A DNA stretch of 64,000 nucleotides from Acidobacteriota bacterium (GTDB lineage Bacteria > Acidobacteriota > UBA6911), in assembly GCA_963664705.1 (NCBI GenBank), contig OY761556.1:5440001-5504000 (forward strand), written 5' to 3'. Below, piece after piece: positions 9,976 through 19,124 of this stretch (position 1 is the first letter of the stretch; each line of letters starts with the position of its first letter). Below the pieces are notes generated by a model, which saw only the letters and a program-made list of their open reading frames with translations, did no database searches and was not told the DNA's origin. A program made the position numbers and the translations under genes.

Positions 9976-11030
9976 AGACGAGAAGGTTTCTCTGCAAAGC
10001 TGACCTGGACCCGTTTGTGCTCGATTTGCTGAATAGCGGCATCCGTGTGATTGCGCCGGTGCGAATAAAGGAGGAGGGGCGCGAATTTCTTTCCTACCGG
10101 CGTGTGCATAATTCGGATGAGATCATTCTTGAAGGATTGATTCCAGCCCAGTCATTGAAGGAAGCGATATTTCCTCCGACAGAAGCCTTGTTTGGTTGGA
10201 AAATTTCCAAATCTCTGGTCTCCATCCAGGAACGTCCTGAGTTTTTCGAGGAAACAGTAGTCATTGGCGCCAGTCCATGTGATGCGGCGTCTCTGGAAAT
10301 CGTAGATCATGTCATGGGATGGGGCTGCCGCGATGAATTGTGGTTCGGGCGCAGAGCGGCTACTACCATCCTTGCGGTGGCATGCACTCAATGTGATGAT
10401 GCCTGCTTCTGCGCGGCAATGGGGCTTTCACCAGAGAGTACACGCGGGGCCGATTGGTTCCTCACCCCGACGTCAGGGGGCTTCAATATTGAGGTTCTTA
10501 CCACTAAAGGGATACAGCTTCTGCAGCGGCAGGAATCGAGACTTACGGAACCCATGGCTGATAGCGAAAGCAATTCTGACAGGTGCTCCAAAGTGCAAGA
10601 GAACCTCACCATTGAGCTTGAGAAAATTCAGCATTGGCTTGAAAGAAGTTTCAAAGACTCCATATGGAAGGAAATGGCATTGCGATGTCATGGGTGCGGC
10701 ACATGCACCTATGTGTGCCCGACCTGCCATTGTTTCGATATTGCGGATGAACCGGAAGGAACGGATCAAGGTAGCCGCAGGCGCAATTGGGATACATGCC
10801 AAACGGGGAGGTTCACCCTGCAGGCCTCCGGGCATAACCCGCGCAGAGATCAGACGGCACGGTTCCGCCAGCGCATCACGCATAAATTTTCCACATATCC
10901 ACTCCGCTTCGGCGAGGTTTTGTGTACCGGTTGTGGCCGCTGCATTCGATCTTGTGCGGCCGGAGTAGATCTTATTTCCATTCTGCGAGACATTGATGGT
11001 CGTGCGGGCAAATCCGGAGGCGCGCGATGA
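9972..11030 (+). CDS. flxB: FlxB/AsrA-like 4Fe-4S protein
   Basis: PCD, ACFC, CHGCGTCTYVCPTCHCF, RNWDTC, RFRQRITHKF, CTGCGRCIRSC; GTG start overlapping the flxC stop. Confidence 0.87.
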   Translation: MKTRRFLCKADLDPFVLDLLNSGIRVIAPVRIKEEGREFLSYRRVHNSDEIILEGLIPAQSLKEAIFPPTEALFGWKISKSLVSIQERPEFFEETVVIGASPCDAASLEIVDHVMGWGCRDELWFGRRAATTILAVACTQCDDACFCAAMGLSPESTRGADWFLTPTSGGFNIEVLTTKGIQLLQRQESRLTEPMADSESNSDRCSKVQENLTIELEKIQHWLERSFKDSIWKEMALRCHGCGTCTYVCPTCHCFDIADEPEGTDQGSRRRNWDTCQTGRFTLQASGHNPRRDQTARFRQRITHKFSTYPLRFGEVLCTGCGRCIRSCAAGVDLISILRDIDGRAGKSGGAR

Positions 11031-11857
11031 ACCTCTATCAACCGCACCTGATGAGCATCGAGGAAATTACCGATGAAACTCCGGATATCCGAACTCTGCG
11101 ATTGTCCTTCCAGGATGCTGTTGTGGCCGAGAGTTTCGATTTCAAGGCCGGGCAGTTTGGACAGTATTCCGTTTTTGGAGCCGGGGAGTGCGCACTCAGC
11201 TTTACGTCTTCCCCGCTGCGCAAGGATGCGATAGAAGCAACGTTTCAGACATCGGGCAAAGTAACCGGCGCCATCCGACGTTTGAATGCCGGCGACACAA
11301 TAGGGTTTCGTGGCCCCTACGGGAACGGTTTTCCCATGGAGAAAATGCAGGGCAAGAATCTGGTTGTCATCGCAAGCGGTATGGCTTTGGCCCCTGCGCG
11401 CAGCCTGATCCGGCAGGTGCTGGATGCGCGCGACATGTTCAAAAACCTGTGTATTATTTACGGCGCGCGAAGCGTTCCTGAGCGCATATACAGAAGCGAA
11501 CTCCAGCAATGGTCCGAAAGGCCCGATCTGAGCCTGCATCAATGCGTGGATCCGGGTGGCGAGTCCCATGATTGGAAGGGAGATGTCAGCTTCGTGCCTA
11601 CGCTGGCCGCGAAGGTGTCTCCCTCGCCGGAGAATGCTTGCGCGGTGGTATGCGGCCCCCCGGTTGTTGTATCCCTCACGTTGCAGTTGCTGGAACGACT
11701 GGGCTTTTCTTCCGATGCCCTGTACACGACGCTTCAAAACCGCATGAAATGTGGCATCGGGAAATGCGGGCGCTGCAATGTCGGTCCGATGTACGTGTGC
11801 AAGGACGGCCCCGTCTTCAGCTACGCACAGCTTAAATCCCTTCCGCCCGAATATTAG
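11027..11857 (+). CDS. flxA: FlxA/AsrB-like FAD/NAD-binding [2Fe-2S] subunit
   Basis: AGQF, RGPYGNGFP, YGARS, CGPP, MKCGIGKCGRCNVG..VCKDGPVF. Confidence 0.9.
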   Translation: MNLYQPHLMSIEEITDETPDIRTLRLSFQDAVVAESFDFKAGQFGQYSVFGAGECALSFTSSPLRKDAIEATFQTSGKVTGAIRRLNAGDTIGFRGPYGNGFPMEKMQGKNLVVIASGMALAPARSLIRQVLDARDMFKNLCIIYGARSVPERIYRSELQQWSERPDLSLHQCVDPGGESHDWKGDVSFVPTLAAKVSPSPENACAVVCGPPVVVSLTLQLLERLGFSSDALYTTLQNRMKCGIGKCGRCNVGPMYVCKDGPVFSYAQLKSLPPEY

Positions 11858-11885
11858 CGCCGCTGGAGAATACCGTCTTTCCGTC

Positions 11886-12770
11886 CTATTTCCGGAACGA
11901 CATCGAATCCAGGCCGGCGAGGAATGCCGCGATGAGCTGATAGCTGCCGTAATAATCACTGGATAGTATGGCGGAAATATTGTCCTGATTCGTGTGAAGG
12001 AGATGGAGCGTCTCGCTGGTAACCGAGTGGAGCGTTATGATCGGAATACCGCGTTCTTTGAAGGAGTGACCGTCACTATCCCCGACTCCATCGACATTCA
12101 TTTCCCTGGCAGGGAGATTCAGCGCCTCCGCTGTCGAAAACAATTCCCTAACCAATCGCGGGTCGCTGTTATGAACCCAGACTTCCGTGGGGCCCAGGCC
12201 CAATGTGTCGATGTCGATCATAGCCCGCATGTGTGCAATTTCGGCGTCCGATAGACCATGCACATACGCAAGTGAGCCGATCATTCCCTTTTCTTCATCA
12301 GTAAAGCCAATGAAAACAAAAGTATGGCGACGAGGTTTTGATCGCAGGCTCTGATAGAGGCTGGGGAGCAGGGATGCCCCGCTCCAGTTGTCCACGACTC
12401 CGTCTCCCTTGTGCACATGGTCGAAGTGGGCTCCAACCACAATGATCTCTTCTCCTGTTCCGCGCAGTGTACAGGCAACGTTTGGCGATGAGGATCTTGG
12501 TACCGCCTTTTCCTGCAAGTCGGTGCAGCCGGCGTCTGAAAACAGTTTCTTCAAGGCGGCTTCACGCGCCGGGTTGGCTTGTGTGTACTGCCTGAGCCGG
12601 CCATCAATGACCTGATTCGGAAGCTGATAAAACTCGCCGGACTGAGCAGGAAAAATCGATTGGGTGCAAAGCCAAAACAACAAGATCCCGGCCGGAATCC
12701 GCAGCGCCAAATTTTTGAAGAAGCGAAGGTTCAACACATCTTCAATGATAGCAGACTCCATCAAAAGCAT
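11886..12770 (-). CDS. Secreted M28-family metallopeptidase
   Basis: VGAHFDH, GVVDNWSG, FTDEEKG, IDIDTLG, SDGHSF, LHT; signal-peptide-like N-terminus; exact start uncertain. Confidence 0.88.
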   Translation of the reverse strand: MLLMESAIIEDVLNLRFFKNLALRIPAGILLFWLCTQSIFPAQSGEFYQLPNQVIDGRLRQYTQANPAREAALKKLFSDAGCTDLQEKAVPRSSSPNVACTLRGTGEEIIVVGAHFDHVHKGDGVVDNWSGASLLPSLYQSLRSKPRRHTFVFIGFTDEEKGMIGSLAYVHGLSDAEIAHMRAMIDIDTLGLGPTEVWVHNSDPRLVRELFSTAEALNLPAREMNVDGVGDSDGHSFKERGIPIITLHSVTSETLHLLHTNQDNISAILSSDYYGSYQLIAAFLAGLDSMSFRK

Positions 12771-12816
12771 GCGGACTGCTGCGCTTCTGAACTAGTGAAG
12801 TCGGGAATCCCCTTCG

Positions 12817-14472
12817 TTACTTTTTCTTGAAAAGTCCACGGATGGCATTTTGAAGAGAATCTCCCGTTTTCGACTGGCCGTCCTTGGTGTTCCCACCTAA
12901 AACCGATTCCAGCATTCCCCCCACGGCCTTCTTTACATCGGGAACGAATTTGGGATTGGAAGCGGTGCCACGGATGAAGAAGGGCACCTCCAGACTGCTT
13001 CGCTTAATCAGGCGCGCCACTTCCGCTCCGATTCCACCGGCAGGGGTCAGCGTCGCATTCATTTTGAAATCCAGCGATTGGTCGGCAGCAACGAGGCCGC
13101 TGCCTTGCAATTTGCCTATGGAGGGCACGAGGAGGTCCAGGCTGGATACCTGAATGCCTTCGGGCGACAACTGCAATGTGGAGGTGAACTGTTCTATGTC
13201 GGTATCCAGGTTTGACTTCAAACCGGCTTGAGCCGCAACCAATGCCATTTTTCCGGAGAGATCGAAGCCGGTCAGCCGGGTTTTGACGATTTCGACATTT
13301 CCGGAAGTCCGCAGCTTTTCAGCCGGGCCCTCAGTGGACAGGTTTGCATTCAGCGTGCCGCCCTTTAACGCAGCGCCTTTCGGAAGAGTGATGCCGAAGG
13401 CGGGGAATAATGCAGTCAGGTCTTCCACTGGCATGCCTGTGCCACGGAGAATCATTTTAAGGTTCAGGCTGTTCTCGACCAGTTCATAGGTTCCGCCCAG
13501 ACGAGCCACCGCCTTGCCGATTTCAACTTTGGTGTCATCGAGTCTTCCGGCCCGACGGAGCAGATTGTAGTCTACGGAATATTGCAGGCCAATCATTCTG
13601 CCGGCGGGTGCGCCGTTGCTTGTGATGCGTAATTTGTCCGCGGAGGCTTTCCCATTGCTTTGAACTTCGGCACCGTTGGAGTGAAGGCTGCCGCTGAAAT
13701 CAAATGTTCCGGCAAGCCCGGATCCGGGTTCCGAAAAGCCGGAAGCAAGCAAATCGAAGTGCTTCACATCCAATTCCGCCGTGAGAGGAGTCAGCGTCAT
13801 ATCCTGCTTGTTGAATGGGCCGGCTTTTCCTTCGAGTCTCAAACTGCCTTCGCCGGGAAGGGCTGCGGCCAGTTTGAATGGGAATTCGGAGGTATAGGAT
13901 AAGTCATTGATCTTTACGCTTACATTGTTGATGGTGGATGGTTTGCGGCTTGAGTCCAGGTGAACGAGCGTGATCTGACCGTCTAAAATTTCCAGCTGCT
14001 TGATGGACACGCCGGCTCGGGTAAAATCCGAAGACGCGCCCGGGCTCGAAGGCTTCTGTCCCGTATTGCCGCTTCCCAGATCGGAGAAATTCCATTGTCC
14101 CGATTTGGAACCAATCAATGTTATAGACGGGCGATCCAAAGTGATTCCCTGGATACGGACGGCCTTGTCAAATATCAGCGGTTTCAGCTCCACGGAAAAG
14201 TGGAGCGATTGGGCACTAACGAATGGAGATTTGCTGAACGCTGGATTGTCGGCGATGCGGATATCCTCTACTCGAACGCTGCCGGAAATGATGGATAGTT
14301 TCAGGTTGCCAAGTTTGACATCGCGGCCAAGTGCAGATGACAGCTTGGACTCAATCTGAGGACGAAACTGGTTGGCATCCAGAATGAATGGAAGCGCCGC
14401 TGCCGCCAAAACCACCAAGACAACCAAAATCGCGAACCATTTCAGAATTCGAACTTTTCCGGAGGTAGGCAT
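12817..14472 (-). CDS. AsmA-family membrane-anchored protein
   Basis: N-terminal TM then LDANQFRPQIESKLSSALGRDV (AsmA-type start); beta-rich body; C-terminal VPFFIRGTASNPKFVPD. Confidence 0.85.
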   Translation of the reverse strand: MPTSGKVRILKWFAILVVLVVLAAAALPFILDANQFRPQIESKLSSALGRDVKLGNLKLSIISGSVRVEDIRIADNPAFSKSPFVSAQSLHFSVELKPLIFDKAVRIQGITLDRPSITLIGSKSGQWNFSDLGSGNTGQKPSSPGASSDFTRAGVSIKQLEILDGQITLVHLDSSRKPSTINNVSVKINDLSYTSEFPFKLAAALPGEGSLRLEGKAGPFNKQDMTLTPLTAELDVKHFDLLASGFSEPGSGLAGTFDFSGSLHSNGAEVQSNGKASADKLRITSNGAPAGRMIGLQYSVDYNLLRRAGRLDDTKVEIGKAVARLGGTYELVENSLNLKMILRGTGMPVEDLTALFPAFGITLPKGAALKGGTLNANLSTEGPAEKLRTSGNVEIVKTRLTGFDLSGKMALVAAQAGLKSNLDTDIEQFTSTLQLSPEGIQVSSLDLLVPSIGKLQGSGLVAADQSLDFKMNATLTPAGGIGAEVARLIKRSSLEVPFFIRGTASNPKFVPDVKKAVGGMLESVLGGNTKDGQSKTGDSLQNAIRGLFKKK

Positions 14473-14572
14473 AAATCCCCCTGGCTGATGTAAACTCAAG
14501 TTTGATCGAAGGTAAGCCTTAGAGCTTTCACATTTGAACTTTACATTCACTTCGCGCGCCGGTTCAAGGCTA

Positions 14573-14602
14573 TTGACAATGCGGAAACACCCGGACTACG
14601 CT
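14573..14602 (+). promoter_or_regulatory. Candidate sigma70 promoter for the 14689-18066 genes
   Basis: TTGACA (14573-14578), 18-nt spacer, TACGCT (14597-14602). Confidence 0.4.
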
Positions 14603-14688
14603 ACGACTCGCTCTCGCATTGTTAATTGCCCCCGGTTCTTTCTAATGACCTATGCTGGCAGTTCAGGTTTGGCCTGCTTGAGGAAAGT

Positions 14689-15282
14689 ATGGCAGTAAAG
14701 CACGATTTTGGATCAGAAAAACAAGCAAACGAGTTAAGAGAACGAACCGGTCCGCAGAATGCGAGGAGCGGCAAATCCGAGAACGTGGATGTTCTTGTCG
14801 CCCGTTTTTTGGCAGAGCTTAACGATCTCTCCGCAGAGATGGGGCACTCCGGGAGTTCGACGCATGATGCCGCTGTGGCCGGCAAGCCCGGAGGCCAAGT
14901 CCTCGGTTTGCATAGCAATAGTGAATCCAAGGCCCAGGTGGACCTCGAGAAGATCAATCAAGAGATCGAAGCATCCCTGGTCCAACTGGAGACCCTTAGA
15001 CCTACCTTTAACCTGCCTAAAGAGGTTCCGCCACCAGAGGTCGCTCCGGAACTCCCGGCTCCCGCGCCGCCCGTTGTCAGGCCGCCGGATCGGAGATCGC
15101 TTCGGAATCAGCCGGTAACCATTCAGCCCGATGTTGAAGAGCAGGCCTGGAAGCGGATTGAACTCTTCAGGAACAGCATTGTGGCGCATAAACCGGTCTA
15201 TCGCCGGCCTGTTGTCTGGGTTATAGCGCTGCTTATCATTCTTGCCGGGACGTGTTTTTATTATTTCGGTTTCAATGCGTAA
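14689..15282 (+). CDS. Hypothetical protein with Pro-rich linker and C-terminal TM anchor
   Basis: ATG after GAGGA; helical segments, PPPEVAPELPAPAPP, terminal VVWVIALLIILAGTCFYYFG. Confidence 0.7.
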   Translation: MAVKHDFGSEKQANELRERTGPQNARSGKSENVDVLVARFLAELNDLSAEMGHSGSSTHDAAVAGKPGGQVLGLHSNSESKAQVDLEKINQEIEASLVQLETLRPTFNLPKEVPPPEVAPELPAPAPPVVRPPDRRSLRNQPVTIQPDVEEQAWKRIELFRNSIVAHKPVYRRPVVWVIALLIILAGTCFYYFGFNA

Positions 15283-15298
15283 TGACGTGGAAAAATCT

Positions 15299-15535
15299 AT
15301 GACGAACGATCAGAAAAGCAGGTATGAGACAATGAAACAGATGGCCAAGGAAGAGTTGGACCATCTGGATCGAGAGCTGAGCGAAGAGGTGATCCGCGCC
15401 AAGCAGAGAATCGAAGAACTCCAGAAGGCAAAGAGAGTTGTGAAACAGATTTATGACAATGCCTGCACACTGCTGGGCGTCAAGAGTGTGATCGAAATGA
15501 AGGACTATGGTCTGGATGTAGAGAAACACAATTAG
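15299..15535 (+). CDS. Small coiled-coil hypothetical protein
   Basis: E/K/R-rich heptad-like sequence MAKEELDHLDRELSEEVIRAKQRIEELQKAK; alternative start 15275 overlaps the upstream stop. Confidence 0.75.
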   Translation: MTNDQKSRYETMKQMAKEELDHLDRELSEEVIRAKQRIEELQKAKRVVKQIYDNACTLLGVKSVIEMKDYGLDVEKHN

Positions 15536-15609
15536 GCCTGCGCGTCGGCCGTCAAAAATCGGGGCCCTGGAGATAGGCTTGTTTTGATGTTGGCTCCTGA
15601 AGGCTAAAT

Positions 15610-18066
15610 ATGGAAGATCGATTCCTCTCGCGATTTACCCCAAGCTTGATGCCGCCGGATGCGCTGGAAGCCATTTTTGTTCAGCGAGAAGTGTTGTTGC
15701 GCGAAATCCTTGAACGCGTAAGGACCAGCGCGCGTGGCTCCGAAAAGAAGAATACTTTGCTGGTGGGGCCAAGAGGAATCGGGAAAACCCATCTGATTTC
15801 GCTTACCTATTATCGACTCCGTTCCATGGTTGAAATGCAGGACCGCATCGTGATCGCCTGGATGCGCGAGGAGGAATGGGGAATCGCCTGCTTCCGGGAT
15901 CTGCTGCTTCGCTTATTGAGGACGCTGGTTGCCGAGGATGAGACGAAACTTAATTCGGTTTATTCCGCCCCGCCGTCTGAAACGGAAGCTGCCGCCCTCA
16001 AGTTGATCCGGGAATGCGTTGAAGGCCGGACCCTCGTAATCCTCGTTGAAAACCTTGACGATCTTGTGCGAAAGCTCGGTGGGCCCGGGGAAATGCAGTT
16101 CTACAATTTCCTCAAGCAGAGCGGGTTCTGCTGCATGGTGGCAACGTCTCCAGGGCCGGTTGCGCGCGTATTCTCACCGGGCTCTCCTTTTCGACGGGAC
16201 TTTTTTCATATACAGCCTTTGAAGGAACTGGATTTTGAGACTGCCGTGCAGCTGATTTCGAAAATTGCGGAATACCAGGGTAATGAAAACCTGAAGTTCC
16301 TCATCAATACCCCGCGCGGACGCGCACGGGTTCGCGCCTTGCGATACCTGGCGGGTGGAAACCATCGAGCCTATGTCATTTTTGCCCCGCTTCTCGCATA
16401 CGAATCCATTGGCCAGATCATCCGACCTTTGATGCAGACGATTGATGATCTGACACCCTATTACAATTCGCGGATTGCAGCCCTTCCGTGGGAGCAGCGT
16501 CAGATCCTCGAGTATATCTGTGAAGCTCGCCGCCCGGTCCGTACCGGGGATGTCACGAGAACCTGCTTCCTCCCGCGAGCGGCCGCTTCTGTGCAACTGG
16601 ATGCGCTCTGCACAATGGGGTATCTGCATACCCTGAAAGTAGGGGATGATGCCTATTACGAGCTGCGTGAACCGCTGCTGCGTTTGTCCTTCGAGGTAAA
16701 AAAACACCGCGGCAAGCCATTGGGACTGCTGTCGGACTTCCTGCGTCTCTGGTATTCCCCGGAAGAGCTGAAACAGAAACTGTCCAATCCGGCAAATGCG
16801 GTGCCGGAGCAGCCATATATTCCTGATCTCGCATCGGTTGAACAGAAGTGGCACGATCCCAGGATCGCGGAGTGCTGCCGCGATTATGCTTCAGCGATTC
16901 GTGCGAGCGAATACGAACGGGCGTTGAAATCTGCCGAGGACCTTGTGGCTATCCGCGGATTTTTGCAGGACAGAATGGCATTCGCCTCATGCCTGGTCCG
17001 CCTGGGTCGCTACGATCATGCCATTGCCGTCTATGACCAAGTGATAGCTTCAGGGAAGGAAGATGCCTTGGTCTGGAGACTGCGCGCTTCCACACTCAAT
17101 GCCACGGGTCGATATGAAGAGGCACTGGACTCCTGCAGAAAATCTCTGGATCTCGATAGGGACGCGAGCGAAACGTGGAATTGTGAAGCCTTGATCCTCC
17201 TGAACCTTGATCGAAACGAGGAGGCACTATATTCCTGCGAAGCTGCCTTGAAACTCAACGAGAACAATTCGAGCGCCTGGACGACGCTTGGGACGGCACT
17301 CGCGGACTCGGGCCTGTTCGATGAATCGTTCCGAGCGTTTTCAAAGGTCGTCGAACTGGAACCGCACAACTCGAAGGCGAGAATGCACCTCTGTGCCGCC
17401 CTCATTGAGATGAATCGATGGGATGAAGCTTTTGAGGAGGCAAAATACGTTCTTGAAGCTGATCCGGATGAACCGGAGCCGTGGGTGCTGATCGGTACGG
17501 TTCTGGTGGGCATGAGCAAAAAGGAAGACGCTTTGACCGCATTTACGAAGGCGGCCTCGATGGGAGAGGATTCGGCTTTTGTCCAGTTCAAGGTGGTTGA
17601 ACTGCTGTTTGCCCTGGACCGATGGAGAGAAGCTGCCGTGCGCCTTGATCAGGCTCTTTTGCGATTTGCCCGTTCCGAGAGCCCGATTGCCGGTGATACC
17701 AAAACTCTGATTCGCTCCCTCCTGCCGAGCCTGTCCGATGACAGCATTCTGCCCCTGCTTATCAAGGTCCTGCTGCTGACTTATCGCAAGTACAATATGC
17801 TGGGTGCCCTGGCCCAGGGTTTGATTGTGTGTATTCCCGACATTGCCGCGTCCAATGTCATCGACAATGCCGAAGCTTCCATCTGGCTGGACTCGTGGAC
17901 AGTGATGGCCTGCGAATATGCGGAATTCCGTCTTCCCCTGCGCCTGCTTCAGGCGGCAGTCTCCTACCGCAAAACAAAGGACATTGGCGTGCTGATGAAG
18001 CTTTCCCAGGAAGAACGGACCTTGCTGGAGGCGCTTGTGGGAATCCATGTTGAAGCCATCGCATGA
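15610..18066 (+). CDS. P-loop ATPase + winged helix + TPR-repeat protein (STAND-like architecture)
   Basis: Walker A GPRGIGKT, Walker B-like ILVENLDD, GGNHR motif, wHTH-like segment ending YYELREPLLR, multiple TPR-like repeats, helical C-terminus. Confidence 0.85.
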   Translation: MEDRFLSRFTPSLMPPDALEAIFVQREVLLREILERVRTSARGSEKKNTLLVGPRGIGKTHLISLTYYRLRSMVEMQDRIVIAWMREEEWGIACFRDLLLRLLRTLVAEDETKLNSVYSAPPSETEAAALKLIRECVEGRTLVILVENLDDLVRKLGGPGEMQFYNFLKQSGFCCMVATSPGPVARVFSPGSPFRRDFFHIQPLKELDFETAVQLISKIAEYQGNENLKFLINTPRGRARVRALRYLAGGNHRAYVIFAPLLAYESIGQIIRPLMQTIDDLTPYYNSRIAALPWEQRQILEYICEARRPVRTGDVTRTCFLPRAAASVQLDALCTMGYLHTLKVGDDAYYELREPLLRLSFEVKKHRGKPLGLLSDFLRLWYSPEELKQKLSNPANAVPEQPYIPDLASVEQKWHDPRIAECCRDYASAIRASEYERALKSAEDLVAIRGFLQDRMAFASCLVRLGRYDHAIAVYDQVIASGKEDALVWRLRASTLNATGRYEEALDSCRKSLDLDRDASETWNCEALILLNLDRNEEALYSCEAALKLNENNSSAWTTLGTALADSGLFDESFRAFSKVVELEPHNSKARMHLCAALIEMNRWDEAFEEAKYVLEADPDEPEPWVLIGTVLVGMSKKEDALTAFTKAASMGEDSAFVQFKVVELLFALDRWREAAVRLDQALLRFARSESPIAGDTKTLIRSLLPSLSDDSILPLLIKVLLLTYRKYNMLGALAQGLIVCIPDIAASNVIDNAEASIWLDSWTVMACEYAEFRLPLRLLQAAVSYRKTKDIGVLMKLSQEERTLLEALVGIHVEAIA

Positions 18067-18134
18067 CTCGATTGACGCTGCACCAAAGCACCTAAATGTA
18101 GTGCCCATCCAGGATTTTTTAGTAGAATAAGCGA

Positions 18135-18791
18135 ATGAATAATTTAAAAGATTTGTGCTCCCGGATTGATCATACATTATTGAGGCCGGATGCAACGTTG
18201 AGTGATATCAAGAAGCTTTGCGCGGAAGCGCGCCGGTATCACTTCTATAGCGTCTGCGTTAATGGATCCTGGGTTTCAACCGCCTGTAAGATCCTGAAAG
18301 GATCCGGTGTCAAAGTTGCGGCCGTTGTGGGATTCCCCCTGGGCGCAATGTCCCAGGAGTCCAAATGGACTGAGACGGAGATTGCCGTCAGTGATGGGGC
18401 AGACGAAATAGATTTCGTTCTCAACATCGGCCGTTTAAAACAGGGCGATACTCGGTATGTTCGGAAGGAAATCAAAAATGAAATTGTCGCCGCCCATGCA
18501 AGACCCGTTAAGGTCATAATCGAGACCTCTCTGTTGAGCAGAAAGGAAAAAATACTGGCCTGCCGGATTGCGGCGGATGCCGGTGCACACTTTGTCAAAA
18601 CGTCGACCGGATTCGGCGGCGGAGGCGCAACCGTTGAAGATGTTCGCCTGATGAGAAAAACCGTTGGGCCCGATATCGGGGTTAAAGCTTCGGGAGGCAT
18701 TCGCGATTTCAAAGCAGCTTTGGCCATGATTGAAGCCGGCGCAACCCGGCTCGGGACTTCCGCGAGTGTCGCGATTGCTAAAGGAGAGTAA
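18135..18791 (+). CDS. deoC: Deoxyribose-phosphate aldolase
   Basis: IDHTLL, VGFPLGA, GADEID, KVIIET, FVKTSTGF, VKASGGIR, RLGTS. Confidence 0.97.
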   Translation: MNNLKDLCSRIDHTLLRPDATLSDIKKLCAEARRYHFYSVCVNGSWVSTACKILKGSGVKVAAVVGFPLGAMSQESKWTETEIAVSDGADEIDFVLNIGRLKQGDTRYVRKEIKNEIVAAHARPVKVIIETSLLSRKEKILACRIAADAGAHFVKTSTGFGGGGATVEDVRLMRKTVGPDIGVKASGGIRDFKAALAMIEAGATRLGTSASVAIAKGE

Positions 18792-18793
18792 GG

Positions 18794-19060
18794 ATGAAGT
18801 ATTTTGCCGCATTGTTGAGAATGAAGGATGTTGAAAAAAATACCGAGTACCGTCCCCAGCATATTGATTTCCTGACCCAGAATGAAAAAGCAGGAAAAAT
18901 CTTTGCCCGCGGGAAGTTTATGGGCGGCGAGGGTGGCCTGGTTATATACATTGCCGATTCACGTGAGGAAGCAGTGAAACTGGCCGAGAATGATCCCCTT
19001 GTCAAATTTGGGGCCAGGTACCTCGAAGTCTTCGAATGGGATATGCAGGTTGTGAAATAG
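18794..19060 (+). CDS. YciI-family protein
   Basis: RPQHIDFL, GGLVIY, AENDPLV; 2 nt after deoC. Confidence 0.85.
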   Translation: MKYFAALLRMKDVEKNTEYRPQHIDFLTQNEKAGKIFARGKFMGGEGGLVIYIADSREEAVKLAENDPLVKFGARYLEVFEWDMQVVK

Positions 19061-19067
19061 CAGGCAA

Positions 19068-19110
19068 GCGCCAGTCGTCAGTGAAGAGAGTTTCCACTGA
19101 CGACTGGCGC
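19068..19110. terminator. 16-bp perfect stem between convergent genes; probable bidirectional terminator
   Basis: GCGCCAGTCGTCAGTG (19068-19083) / CACTGACGACTGGCGC (19095-19110); no strong U-tract. Confidence 0.6.
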
Positions 19111-19124
19111 AGTTGATAAAGCTT

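Noticed and set aside
5146-11857. Selenocysteine recoding in Hdr/MvhD subunits
   Set aside because: All frames are open without in-frame TGA; the HdrA variant codon is GGC.
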